The position numbers were made by a program, and so were the translations under genes. A stretch of 64,000 nucleotides of DNA from Octopus vulgaris. Lineage: Eukaryota. The DNA lies in assembly GCA_951406725.2 (NCBI GenBank), contig OX597819.1, positions 12,648,001 through 12,712,000 of the forward strand. Reading direction: 5' to 3'. The notes under the pieces are model-generated. The model was not told the origin of the DNA. It saw only the letters and a program-made list of their open reading frames with translations, and did not search any database. This document shows positions 12,757 through 26,184 of this stretch, in pieces (positions within the stretch are counted from its first letter, which is position 1; every line of letters begins with the position of its first letter).

Positions 12757-12876
12757 GTTAACAAGATTATGAAATTATGTCCAGTGGAAAGTAACCATGG
12801 AACACTTAAATTGGATAGCCGGTCGCAGGATGTTATCATTGCTTTGGGTATATATCTATTAGAGTCTGGACTTCAG
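12757..12876 (+). CDS. PI4KA: PI4KA exon a ([40 protein letters not shown]), phase 0-0
   Basis: ttacag| acceptor, |gtatga donor, 120 nt; resembles PI4KA 'VQKLLCMCP...DAVIALGIFLIESDLQ'. Confidence 0.9.
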
Positions 12877-13450
12877 GTATGAGTCTTTTTCTATGAATTT
12901 TTATTCATATGGTTGTGTGTTTAATGCAGTCTGAAGAATAAAACTGTACAATTATGGTTGTGCTCCCAAAGGAGGTTTTATTATTTAACTACCACTCACC
13001 CCAATGTGTAATCCAAGGTTGTCATGTATCTCTTCTATAGCAAGGCACCTGTTCCTGTTTCTCTGTCATACTTTAACCTCTTAAAAGCTAGAATAAATCC
13101 ATCTCCCTCTTTATTAAAACCCCACTAAAGTTGAAGGGTCTCTTCCTTGTGAGTTACTTAGCAACCTCAATAATGCTAGTATTGCAAAAAAGAAAAAAAG
13201 CACCCAGTGCTCTCTTGTTATCTCTCAGTTATAGGGGCCACTTTAGGGTCTTGTAAGTTATGAGGAAGCCACCACTAGTGCTGGTGCCATGTAAAAAGCA
13301 CCCATTATACTCTGTAAAGTAGTTGACATTAAGAAGGGTGTCCAGCTACAGAAAGACATTGGTGCATAACACAACCCTAACCCTAACAGTATGGAATTTG
13401 GATGTTAAATGATGATGATGATATGCTTTTTTAGTTCTTTTGTGGCTTAA

Positions 13451-13923
13451 CCCTTTTGTTACCAACCCAACTGAAACCACCTCTGGCTCTAAGTACAAAT
13501 GTGTTGTTTTCATAAGTCTTTAATTAAAATCTTCCACCAAACCTTAGTCACAATTGATGTTCCTGACACTAGCTTAATGATAACTAAGTTATTTTCCTAA
13601 ATTCTTTGTTATATTTAAAATTAATTGAAAGAAACACAGAGCATCTCAAAATAAATATGGTAACAAAAGGGTTAAAATATATAATAGACAAACAATTCTT
13701 AACCCTTTTGATACCAACCTGGCTGAAACCAGCTCTCGTTCTATAGTACAAATGTCTTGTTTTCATAAGTTTTTAATTAAAATCTTCCACCAAACCGTAG
13801 TCACAATTGATGTTCCTGACACTAGCTTAATGATAACTAAGTTATTTTCCTAAATTCTTTGTTATATTTAAAATCAATTGAAAGAAACACAGAGCATCTC
13901 AAAATAAAACAGTAACGAAAGGG
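13451..13923. mobile_element. Two adjacent 221-bp piggyBac-type MITEs (13451-13671 and 13703-13923); further copies 34098-34318 and 42936-43156 (reverse)
   Basis: CCCTTTTGTTACC...GGTAACAAAAGGG termini with TTAA flanks. Confidence 0.85.
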
Positions 13924-16814
13924 TTAATTTATGCTTAAATCCAGCCTTGCCTACCACTAAAAAGAAGTCTAAAAAGTTAATTTTTTTCTCATTATTTTGA
14001 GTTTTAGTCACAAATAACAAATACCAATTTGTTGTGATGTCAATGACAACCAATCCAAATGTTTGTTTGGTATCTGGTTTTGTTCCATGCTAGCATGTGT
14101 TGTATGAAATTTTATTCAAGGCAGGATCTTACAGTGTGGGAACTCTTAATTTCAACAAACCTTACCTGTGTTTCAAAGTAAGGGATTTTATGTTTTTATT
14201 TGACAGGCTTTCAAAAATATAGAGCAACAGTTCTAATCTCAGTAAAGAATGTAAACATTATGGTACCATTTTGCTCAGCTGGTGACAAGCCACATCATGG
14301 AGTAACAATATTCACACAAATACATTCACAAACTCCTTATGCACCCCTTATGATGGGCTTCCATACAGATTCCTCTGTCAGATTCACCTACAACATATCA
14401 TTCAGTGTGGGTCTGTTCTAGAAAACACTTTGCTCCAAAGAGTCACACTGTGGAACTGACTCTAAAATTACAAGGTTTGCAAAGTAATCTTCGTAATTCC
14501 ACAGCCATGTTTGTGCTCTGCAGTCATGGCCTGTGTATTCACTAAGTTTCATATTACAAACATTTTTGAGCTTACTCTTTTACTTGTTTCAGTCATTTGA
14601 CTGCGGCCATGCTGGAGCACCGCCTTTAGTCGAGCAAATCGACCCCGGGACTTATTCTTTGTAAGCCCAGTACTTATTCTATCGGTCTCTTTTGCCGAAC
14701 CGCTAAGTGACGGGGACGTAAACACACCAGCATCGGTTGTCAAGCAATGCTAGGGGGACAAACACAGACACACAAACACATACACACACATACATATATA
14801 TATATACATTTATACGACAGACTTCTTTCAGTTTCCATCTACCAAATCCACTTACAAGGCATTGGTCGGCCCGGGGCTATAGCAGAAGACACTTCCCAAG
14901 GTGCCACGCAGTGGGACTGAACCCGGAACCATGTGATTGGTTAGCAAGCTACTTACCACACAGCCACTCCTATTACATATCTTAATGTCATGATGTCAGA
15001 TTTAATGTCTTGTAGACTAGAAAGAGATATGCTAATTATTAGAATTAAGACACCTTGAGAGATACAAAGTCAAGTTTTTAATGGTGGAACTTGAAGTAGA
15101 TAAAGCTATTAATAATAGCTTGTAGAGTATTGGTTTAAAATATCCACATGTAGTCTTCAATTCCATTTTTTTTTCTCTATGGGATTTATTTTTTTAACCC
15201 AATAATCTATTTATAATTTTATCTACTTTGTGTTCCACCATTAAAAATAATTTATTTCATCTCTCTCAAAGTTTCTAAGTTCTTTTACTGTAAATAATGT
15301 ACAATTCTTACTGGTAAGAATAATGCTTTCAAAATTGGAGAAGATTCAAAGTGTTGCTTTGGCATAATCTTTTATCTTGTTCCATCATTACATTGTGGCC
15401 ATGCTGGGGCACTACCTTGAAAAATTTTAGTCAAATGGATTGACCCCCAGCACTTATTTGTTTTTAAGCCTTGGACTTATTCCATTGTTCCCTTGGACCA
15501 AACCAAGTTACAGGGATGTAAACACACACACACACACACTAAACCAACTGAAATGTGAAATTGTAAATATTAAAATGCTTGTCATCTTTAAAGATGAAAT
15601 TAAAAGTTAAAAAATTAGCAAAATCCTCTTCCTTATCATTTTAATATTTACTTTCCCATGCTTACATGGGTTAGACAAGGGTCTGTAGTAGGGTTTCCCA
15701 TGGCAGGAAGCCTTTCTTGTTGTCAACCCTCCAATTGTTTTCAAGTAAGGTAATAACGTCCCAGTCTATCAAACAAACAGCCTGCACATGTTTTTGTGCA
15801 GGGAATTAAAAACAAATGACACTGAATGAATGAGCCTTTTGTTTACAAAGATTGTGTCACATGTCGAGACATGTTAAGGGGCCTAGACATGCTTTCATGG
15901 TGGACTGCATGCAGATGACATCTGTAATGCCAATGTCTACACATGAACATGTGTAAACAAGGAAATACAAACTCTCCCTCTCTCACTCTTTCACACACAT
16001 GACTCCTGCTTGTGATTAGAGATGCTCATATTGTAATTAGAGGTCCACTAAGGGACATGCTCAACTGGTTAAGGCCAAGCAATTGACGAGCAAATCTGTG
16101 GTATTAAGCAGATTTCAGTTGTTAACATTGTGTTAACAAACAAGATAAGGACAAATATCCGTCAAATGTAACTAATGTAAATATTAAGTATTTATGGAAT
16201 TTTGATTTACTGTTGGGTGACTCATATATTCTGAGTGTAAAGTATAATTATTCTCTAGATTATCAATATATGAAGAGCAAGAAAAGTCTTTTTAAATAAG
16301 TGTGGGTATAACTTTAGTTAAGCTATAAACACAAAATTAATGGAAACCAGATTTGTGTTAACGAAAGATTTATTAAATACATGAGGGTTACATCCGCTAG
16401 TCAACTCCTGCTAAGTAGAAAGCCTGCTTAACTGGAAGTTCACTTTGCTGCGGACCAGCTCCCTGGCTAGCCCATAGCGAAGTTCCTGACTATAGTTTAT
16501 CTGTTGTAAATGGGCATAATATAATTCTCTGAGTCCATGCTGTAAAGTGTTTGATAAGAAGGGCACCCACATGTAGAAAGAATAAAGGAGATATGGACTC
16601 TGCAAGCTGTATCCCAAAGTACCCTGTCTAGAGGAGAGTAACTCAGAATAAGACCTAATGCAGGTAGAGACTCTTTACAGACAACTTATGTAGAGCCAGT
16701 GGCACAAGAAGATCAACCCAGTCCATGCTGTAACTCATGTGAGCGTTCATTTTAAAGGCAGGAAATGAAAGGAAAGGTCGCGGTTTCGCATTGTAGCGAA
16801 ACTAGAGGTGGTTT

Positions 16815-17034
16815 TAAGTTTAATTGTAAAGTGTATTTGTAAAGTTAATTGTAAAGTGCATTTGTAAAGTTAATTGTAAAGTTTAGTCATAAAATGTATT
16901 TGTAAAGTTTAATTGTAAAGTTTAATTGTAAAGTGTATTTGTAAAGTTAATTGTAAAGTGTATTTGTAAAGTTAATTGTAAAGTTTAGTCATAAAATGTA
17001 TTTGTAAAGTTTAATCGTAAAGTTAATTGTAAAG
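16815..17034. repeat. Minisatellite of 12-13-nt units (gtaaagttaatt / gtaaagtgtattt)
   Basis: Directly visible tandem array. Confidence 0.9.
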
Positions 17035-18487
17035 GTATTCACAGTTCGTCTCACAGCAGGGGTGAGATGGCTGTCTCATTTGCATCATAATTATGTTCAT
17101 TTCATTATCATTTTCCATTCATTTTTATGACCCCGCATGTCAGTTGTATGTCCCTCTATATTCAGGCCTTGTGCCTATAATAAAGAGAAATGCTGTAACA
17201 GTTACAAGTCAACAAAAATGGCCAGTTTCTTTTAGTTGCTGTGTGTGCCACATGGTAAGCTCTATGATGAGTGATAAGATACTGTGAGAGTGGCCCAACT
17301 TGTTCCACTATGGAAAGACAGATGTAAAATAACGATGCTCTGATAGCATGATTAACTTTCACACAAATCAGCGATTGTTTTGTTTCCTTTATTTTTATAT
17401 TGAAACCAGCATTTTTGATTTGGCTCAGAACATCTGCAAGATTTGTCACCGTGGAGACTAAATCAAACTGAAACAATATCTGATGATTCATCAGTGTTTG
17501 ATCCCTTGAGGTGGTTCTCTGAGACAAAATATTACAGCTAGTGCCATTCCACATTTCTTTAGATATTATAAATCTTATACACACTGGTGTTTTAAAATAA
17601 TAGTAACTATAGGCGCAGGAGTGGCTGTGTGGTAAGTAGCTTTAACCAACCACATGGTTCCGGGTCCAGTCCCACTGCGTGGCATCTTGGGCAAGTGTCT
17701 TCTGCTATAGCCCCGGGCCGACCAATGCCTTGTGAGTGGATTTGGTAGACGGAAACTGAAAGAAGCCTGTCGTATATATGTATATATATATATATGTGTG
17801 TGTGTGTGCTTGTGTGTCTGTGTTTGTCCCCCTAGCATTGCTTGACAACCGATGCTGGTGTGTTTACGTCCCTGTCACTTAGCGGTTCGGCAAAAGAGAC
17901 CGATAGAATAAGTAATGGGCTTACAAAGTCCCGGGGTCGATTTGCTTGACTAAAAGGCGGTGCTCCAGCATGGCCGCAGTCAAATGACTGAAACAAGTAA
18001 AAGAGTAAAAAAGAGTATTTATGTTTATTAGTCCAAAGTAGGATGGTCAGCCTGCTTAATCTTTGACAATTTACATTGGTGTGTGGAGAATTTAGGTACA
18101 TATTGCTTGTCAACCTTAGTGTTTCAGCTTCAGTCCCTCTGTATAACACCCTGGGCAAACGTCTGCTATAGCCCAGGGTTGACCAAAGCACTTATATTTC
18201 TAGAAATAAGAGGTAAAAAACTCTTAGTGCTGTAAGACGAGTGCATGGTGTACATATGCTGACAGGAGAGGTAACTGCCCCATGACCGTCTCTGGAATCA
18301 TCAGATTAGATCTAGGTCAGCCTCTTCTGTAGGCATCGTCAGTAGTGACTGACCAGATAGCCAATGGTCACCTAATTCAGTCTATCTGCATATATATTTA
18401 CCATAAAAATTTATGGGTGATTTAGCAAAATGTTAATGCATATACTAAAAATTAATATAAACAGCTAGGAGGGATATATATATATAT

Positions 18488-18573
<86 letters not shown>

Positions 18574-19261
18574 CTCTCTCGGCATCATGTAAGAGTTGTA
18601 AATGAGTATCACCATCATACAAGTGGTGTCATTTGTTTCCAGTCTTCCATCAAAAACTTATCCTGTCATGGGGAAAACTCTTGTTTACATACAAGTGCCG
18701 ATTGGTGACAGGAAGGGCATCCAGCTGCAGAAGATCTGCTTCATTGAATTCTGTCCAACTGATGCAAGTGTGAAAATATGGGACATCAAAATAATGAATG
18801 ACTGGGGAGAAAATATTCAAATAATTGCAGTTCTGAGATGAAAATAGAAGAGAACAAGCGAGAGTAGTTAGTGTAGACACTAGGGAATGGTTGATGGAGT
18901 AGGATTACTAAAAAAATAGGGAAAGTACACTTCTTAGAATAGATTTGAGGATTAGCAACAGGAAAGGCATCCAGCCATAGAAAATGCACCTTGGAAGCAT
19001 GGAAATGTTGACATTAAAATGATGATGATGATGATCATCATCATCGTTTAGCATCCGCTTTCCATGCTAGCATGGGTTGGACGGTTCAACTGGGGTCTGG
19101 GAAGCCAGAAGGCTGCACCAAGCCCAGTCTGATCTGGCAATGTTTTTACGGCTGGATGCCCTTCCTAACGCCAACCACTCCGTGAGTGTAGTGGGTGATT
19201 TTTACGTGATGATCATGTTTATTTGCTGGAACTATATTCTTTCTTTTCTTCTTACTGACAG

Positions 19262-19355
19262 TACAAAGAAAAAATCCTACCATATTTGCTGAATGTATTA
19301 AGAGACCTCCCTAAAGTTCAGTGGATTGATGGACCCAAAGGAACACAAAAACACA
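19262..19355 (+). CDS. PI4KA: PI4KA exon b (YKEKILPYLLNVLRDLPKVQWIDGPKGTQKH), phase 0-1
   Basis: ctgacag| and |gtaagt; 94 nt; resembles 'VVPYLLRLLKGLPKVYW'. Confidence 0.9.
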
Positions 19356-21439
19356 GTAAGTCAGTTAAGAATTGTATCTTAAAATGGTTGCAGTTCTGTC
19401 TGGAGAACTACCTTGATGCAGGTGTCGATGCTGTCCTTTCTTGTGGTTAAATCAAAATGTTTCTATCACTTTTGGTATTAATTCAACACACTGATACACA
19501 CACACACATTTACACACATGCATATTCACACATAAACACTCATGATTTGTGTGTTTGGGATTATGTGATTCTGTTGACCACTTTCTTATCAAAGAAATTT
19601 GATTTTATGCCAAGTAAATGATTCTTTTTTTGTTGTTCTTTCTGAGAAAACTCCCAAGACATTTTTCAAACACCTGTGGTATTGTTACACTAACATACAG
19701 GGGTCAACTTATAATTTCTATATTTTGGGAATATTTATAAATTTGGTTGAAATGGATTAATATAATCATTTGTTTTAGTCAGTAAATTAAAATTTAGTTT
19801 TCTTTAAGATGATATGGATCCAAATTTCTTCAAGGCTCTCAACTTGTACCAAGAAAATATTTTGGTTACATTTGAGTTTTTCATGGATTATTGCAGTACA
19901 ACTTACAAATCCAGTTATCTTTGCATTACAAGCAGTAATAGCTAGAGCTGGACGGCATACCATGATGGCATTTTCATATTATGGATCAAGGAATTGTTTT
20001 AAAATCGACTTCTATAATTTTTACGTGTACAACTTTATATTGTTCTTATATTAGCCATGGATTTCAGATACCCACATACATGGTTCAATATTGTGGTGAG
20101 TGGTTATTTTACTTAGATTTTTTTTTTGTTTTTTGATTTTCACATGTAAAAAAAACCCTGATTTCAATCCTGCTGCTATTTTAATTTGTATTTAAATTAA
20201 TTAGCATTAGCATAAATTGTCATGGGATTATTACAAATTTACTAATACTCATAAAATCAATGTTTATATTATTGTAATCCCATTAGGACATAGTACCTCA
20301 CTCATCATTCATACTCTAAACTATTATTTGCTTTTGAAGAAATTTTTCTTTTTTTGTTAACCTCTTCCCTAGAATAACTTCATATTTCACTCCAATTATT
20401 TTATGCACATTTCAATTTTTTTTCTTTTCTATAAAACTTTTCAGGACAGATAAAATATGAAAGTGGTGTTAAAAAATCAGGTGGGTTGACCTCCTTGCCG
20501 GCTGTTCTGTCTCAGTTACTTCCTCCCCTTCTCTTTTCATTGTCACTGATTTCCCTATATCCTACTTCATTGACATGCTAGTTAAAGATGATCATCTCAC
20601 TGTCAGTTTGCTGTGTCTCCTCCTAATGTTCAATTATTCCTAATAACATTAGTATAGAATTTCTTAGTCTTCACTAACCATTTCCCTTAAAAAAACTCAA
20701 AACTGTCTCCTCGTTAGCAATTATTCCTAGCTATATTATAGTTATGAATAAATCAGTGATTCTATGGCCTTAGTATTGCTATTCTCTGTTATTTACTGTT
20801 TAGTCATTCCTTAAATCCCTCTAGTTTTGCTTGATTTGATTTCAGTGTTGTATTAATTTGTGTTGTAATTGCTAAAATTTTCTAGATAAATTTCTAATAT
20901 CAACAAATACTATTTTTTCAGCTGAATATATTTCAAAACAATTTACATGTTTGATTCATACTTAGGCATTATTATTGAGGGGAACATTACATGCTATTTA
21001 TTAGGTTATTTCTATCAACTATTTCCTTAAGTACCATTCTCTATATTTTTAAGCAGAGTGGAAGATGTTTTCTGAAAGAAATTCCCAGTAAAAATTTAGC
21101 AGTAGTCCCAAGAATTCTCTTATATAGTTGGGGCAGGGTTTCCAAAGCTAGAAGAAGGATTCTGTCTGTTGTTTAGCCTCGAGTCAGCTTTGATCCAATA
21201 GATCTTTGATCAAAGGCATGACAACCATGGCCATCCAGTCCATTTGTGTATCTGGGATTGCACTATCCACTGTGTCTTTCCTTTGTTTTTAACATTGTAT
21301 GGTGTGGTTTTATTGAGCTTTAACTGCTATATCTAGGCTCATTGATATTAGTTGTTGCATGAGGTGGTAAAGATTTGAGAAAGTAAAAGTCTGCAACTTT
21401 AAAACGAACCTCTCATAAGCACTCTGCTTATATATCTGT

Positions 21440-21690
21440 GCACACCTTTCAATACTGTGTATGCTATAAGGTCTGCAAATGTAACGGAGGCCTGAAAAGA
21501 CATTTTAAGATCCACAAAGATCAGAACTTAACTGCAACTCTTGGTGGTCCAAATCAGATTTGCAATCAATGTGGATGTCTTTTCAATACATTGTCTGGTT
21601 TAAAAAAGCCACATCAGATGCCATGATGGATCTAAGGTGTAAGTACAAGAGGTGATCAGACTCTGCATAAGGGGTAGACACCTCCTCCCA
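21440..21690 (+). mobile_element. Degenerate LINE 3' end with two C2H2-type zinc fingers (RTE/RTEX-like)
   Basis: Peptide CVCYKVCKCNGGLKRHFKIH...CNQCGCLFNTLSGLK, frameshift, HIRCH; no splice context. Confidence 0.55.
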
Positions 21691-21871
21691 CCCACACACA
21701 TATGTATATATCTTTATAGCCAACTTAAGATGCCTTTCTTGTCAGAACACTGAATCCTGCATCATTAGCATGTTCTATTTGGTGTTCTAACAAGTATCCA
21801 TGTTGAGTTTGATATAAAGATTACCTTTAGTATTAATACTGCTTCTGTCACTAAATATATATATATCATGA

Positions 21872-21944
21872 TGGCTCTGAGGAAGCTACAAGTTGTTGCA
21901 CAATCACTCATCTTTGATTACAATGCAGAAACAGCTGTAAGTTA
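21872..21944 (+). ncRNA. Degenerate type-I hammerhead ribozyme motif (Penelope-like tail); related copy at about 61150-61232
   Basis: tggct-CTGAGGA-...-GAAACAGCTGTA-agtta; palindromic stem III ACAGCTGT; AATAAA downstream. Confidence 0.55.
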
Positions 21945-23480
21945 ATGAATATGATTACATAACTTGTTTTGTGATTCCTTAATAAACAAAACCATAAAAT
22001 GTGAGGGCATATGGCCTAGTAGTTAGGGTGTTGCATTCACAATCCAATATTGTGGTTTCAATCCTCAGACCAAGTGGTATGTTGTGTTCTTGAGCAAAAC
22101 ACTTCATTTTCTATTGCACTATGATCATTTCAACATCTGATGTTGTGTGCTGTGTACCTGTCCAATCAACATCAATTTGATTGAGGGACTGAGGTCATTT
22201 AGGGGACAAACATTTGATCACTTCAAACAAATCTGTGCGGACTGTTCAACAGGAATGGCTGTGTGGTAAGTAGCTTGCTTACCAACCACATGGTTCCAGG
22301 TTCAGCCCCACTGTGTGGTGTCTTGGGCAAGTGTCTTCTACTATAGCCTTGGGCCAACCAAAGCCTTGTGAGCAGATTTGGTTGATGGAAACTGAAGGAA
22401 GCCCATCGTATATATATATATGTGTGTGTGTATGTTTGTGTGTCTGTGTTTGTCCCCCAACATCACTTGATAACCGATGCCGGTGTGTTTACATCCCCGG
22501 AAATTAGCGGTTCGGCAAAAGAGATCGATAGAATAAGTACTAGGCTTACAAAGAATAAGTCCTGGGGTCGATTTGTTCGACTAAAGGTGGTGCTCCAGCA
22601 TGGCCACAGTCAACTGATTAAAACCAGTAAAAGAGTAATTCTCTTTTTTGGACTTGAAAAACTACCAAGAACATTAATAAGCACCATGTTATTGTTTAGA
22701 ATCTCTCAGTCATGCTTATGATTAGCAACAGTATTCAAAAGTTAGCAACTCAATTTGTGATTATGAAACTAATAGTAAAGCTACAAGCTTTTCAATGTTG
22801 AAGCTGAACCTTTGCCATTATCTCTCAGTGGAGTTGCTTTGGTCTTATAATGTTCTATGTTGAAGAATTATTGTGTGGGGTTTCTACCATATTTTGTACA
22901 GCTGTCGCAAGGTGTGATGTAATTTCTGCTTTGCCTTTAAAATCTGGTATATTCTTTGTAGAGAAAGTCTTGTTTTGCTTGTAAAATATATATGCCTTGC
23001 TTAGTTAATGCAGGATGTTGTTAACGAGCCGTGAAATATATATCAAGCTATAAATTTTTATCATGTTTTCTATTGTTAAAAGCATTGTTTTTGAGGTTGA
23101 AGTTATCTGGGCCTGAATAATTGCCAGATTGTGCATGGTAAGCTATACAAACCTGTCTAATTATTGGACTATCCAAGCATAAAACTTGTAGCTCATGTAA
23201 TAACTCCGGTATTCATTAAAAGATAAATATATATGTAAACGTGTGTATATAGACACACATGATGTTAATTAATTTGAGCAAGATAATACATGAAACATTT
23301 ACTGTTGTTAAAAAAATACAGCATACTGTATACAAATACTTTGAAGAATTTAGACAAGAGGTAAATAAGTAGAATCATTAAAGGAAAAAATCAAATTTAT
23401 TAAGGTTCTGTGATGTTTAGTTTGAATTGTACTTACGGCAGTTTCAAAACTTACTGAATTATTAAGCTCAGAAATTATTA

Positions 23481-23517
<37 letters not shown>

Positions 23518-25919
23518 GGTGGTGAGTTGGCAAAATCGTTAGAATGTTGGGCAAAATGCTTAGCAGCATTTCGTCCATCTTTGTGTTCTGAGTTCAAACT
23601 CTACTGAGGTCAACTTTGCCTTTCATCCCTTCGGGTCAATAAAATAAGCACCTGTTGAGCACTGGGGTCAGTGTAATTGACTAACCCCTCCCTCTCCCGC
23701 AATATCAGGCCTTGTGCCTATAGTAGAAAGGATTATTATTATTATTAAGGCAGCAAACTGGCAGAACCATTAGCATGCTGGACAAAATGCTTAACAGTAT
23801 TTCCCCTGTTGCTACATTGTGAGTTCAAATTCTGCCGAGGTCAACTTTGCCTTTCATCCCTTCGGGGTCAATAAAATAAGTACCTGTTGAGCACTGGGGT
23901 CAGTGTAATTGACTAACCCCCTCCCTCTCCCGCAATATCAGGCCTTGTGCCTATAGTAGAAAGGATTATTATTATTATTAAGGCAGCAAACTGGCAGAAC
24001 CATTAGCATGCTGGACAAAATGCTTAACAGTATTTCCCCTGTTGCTACATTGTGAGTTCAAATTCTGCCGAGGTCAACTTTGCCTTTCATCCTTTCAGGG
24101 TCAGTAAAATAAGTACCAGTTGAACACTGGGATCACTGTAACTGACTTGTCCCCTTGCCCAAAATTGTTGCCCTTGTGGCAAAATTTTGAAAGCATTATT
24201 ATTATTATTATTATAGAATGCAATTATAGAATTGTTCTTGAAACATTTTCTGAGAATTTCTTAATTTGTTAATTGTATTAAAACTATGTTGATAAGAAGC
24301 CATATTTAAGAAAAAAAGTTGATTTAGGATATAAACAAGCATCATCATTTTGAAAACTGTTTTTCAAGACAAATGACATATTTGTTTTATTTGAATAAAA
24401 TAGTAAAAAATTATTTTGTTATAAACCTGTTTCATTGTTTAACTCTGCTAGGTAAGCTGTTTTCTTGCAATTTACTGATCAAACATCTTATGAGAGCCTG
24501 AACATTCTTAAGAAACCTTATGATGCATGTTGTTTGGTAATGCGTATTTAATTTTGTTTTAATTTTGTTAAATATTGAACAATGATTTAGACATTAAAAT
24601 TATTATTATCAAAAATAAAGAAATCATTATTTTTGTTTTTGTTGTTATATTTCTATGACTTTCCAGGCTTTTATAAATCTGAGAACCAAGTGAAATTATC
24701 AGGTCAGTTGGTGTGTGTGTGTGTATGGGTTGTTCTCCTACACAATTCCTGGCTTCCACTTGCCCTCTGCTCACAGTTCTGTTCTAATCAGCTTATGTCT
24801 GCCGCCTTGTTCCTTGTTATGATTCCTTGATACCAAATCTATCTGATCCAAATCCTAAAACTGATTTCCCAAGCATCCTTACTACCAGAAAGTTATAACA
24901 GTCTTATTGATTAGTTTGTGTTTAACAACCCCATCATATATTATTATTATTATTATTATGTAAATAGTTGTTGTTATTATTGTTGTTGTTTTCCCGCTGT
25001 AACTAAAGAAATGGACACCATGCTCCTTTTGAATTCAACAGTTCATGTCTCAAAATGAAACTCCTTTTCATTTTGTTCTTTGTAAGTAGAAATAATTAAG
25101 AGAATACAGTTATTATTTATTGTTTTGGTATTTTATTTGTTGTATCTTTGAAAGTATTTAGATATTAACATGAAAGTGGGGGTGTGTGTGGGGGGTGGGG
25201 GTGAGGAAAGTGAAATATTTTAGTTATTTTCAATTTATTTCTTCAAATAACAAATATTTAAGGATTTATTTGAAATGTAAAGTAGCTTCAAAAGTACTCA
25301 TAAAAATAAGATTTAAATTTTAATTCACTTTGTTTTTACTGTGAAACCTTTTTATAATTTTCTTGCAAACTAAAAATCAAACCCCAAAACCTATTCAGGA
25401 AAATCTTTTGAAGTTCTGGGTTTTCATGACTAGGGTTACATATGAAAGGTTGTAAGGGTTGATGAAAATTAGATTTTATTTCAAACAGCAGAGTTTGTAT
25501 GAGAGTTTGGTTAGTTGATTTGTCTTGAGGAGTGAAGATCTAGTTTTGGGTACTTTCCTTTATTTGACAATTGGGCATTGTTATGGACATTGGGCAGTTG
25601 TTTATGGAGCCTGTCACCTAACATATACCACAGTGCTTTCATATTATGCAATATATTAAGTTGGAGGAAGAAGTTCTACTCTTGTTCAGTTTGTCTCAGA
25701 CATGTTCTAGTTGAATGAAATATCAATTTGCTGTATCTCTATTTTATCTCCTCATGTATCTTCAGCAACATTTTTCTTTCACATTTATGTCATCTAAAAA
25801 CGAAATAGTATGCATCATACTACTATGATTACTAATCTTCTAGTGGAATCAGTTGAAATGTTGGTAAATATGGATCTGAGAACTTTATTCTTTCAAAGTA
25901 ACAATAAAATGAAATCGGG

Positions 25920-26184
25920 TTCTATATTTAAGAGATGAGGAATTATTTATATTTGATGGATATTTGTCCTCATCTTGTTTGTTTTTAACACAACATTTCG
26001 GTTGATATACCTTCCAAACTTCATCAAGTGTCTTGGGGAAATTTTGAACCTGGGTTCTCTTTCCTCAGGTATCTTTCAATATTATTATTACTATTATTAT
26101 AATTATTATTCAGGTCACTGCCTGGAATCGAACTCGGAATCTTGGGGTTAGTAGTCCGTGCTCTTAATCACTATGCCATATGCC
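25920..26184 (-). mobile_element. tRNA-headed SINE with hammerhead/Penelope-like 3' tail; followed by an inverted tail copy at 26187-26270(+)
   Basis: Minus strand: A box tggcatagtga, B box gagttcgattcc, (AAT)n, then agacac-ttgatga...ccgaaatgtt-gtgtt; second copy at 63377-63650. Confidence 0.7.

Noticed and set aside
21438-21626. Nested C2H2 zinc-finger gene
   Set aside because: First Cys mutated, frameshift in finger 2, no TGEKP linker or splice sites; better explained as a LINE C-terminus.
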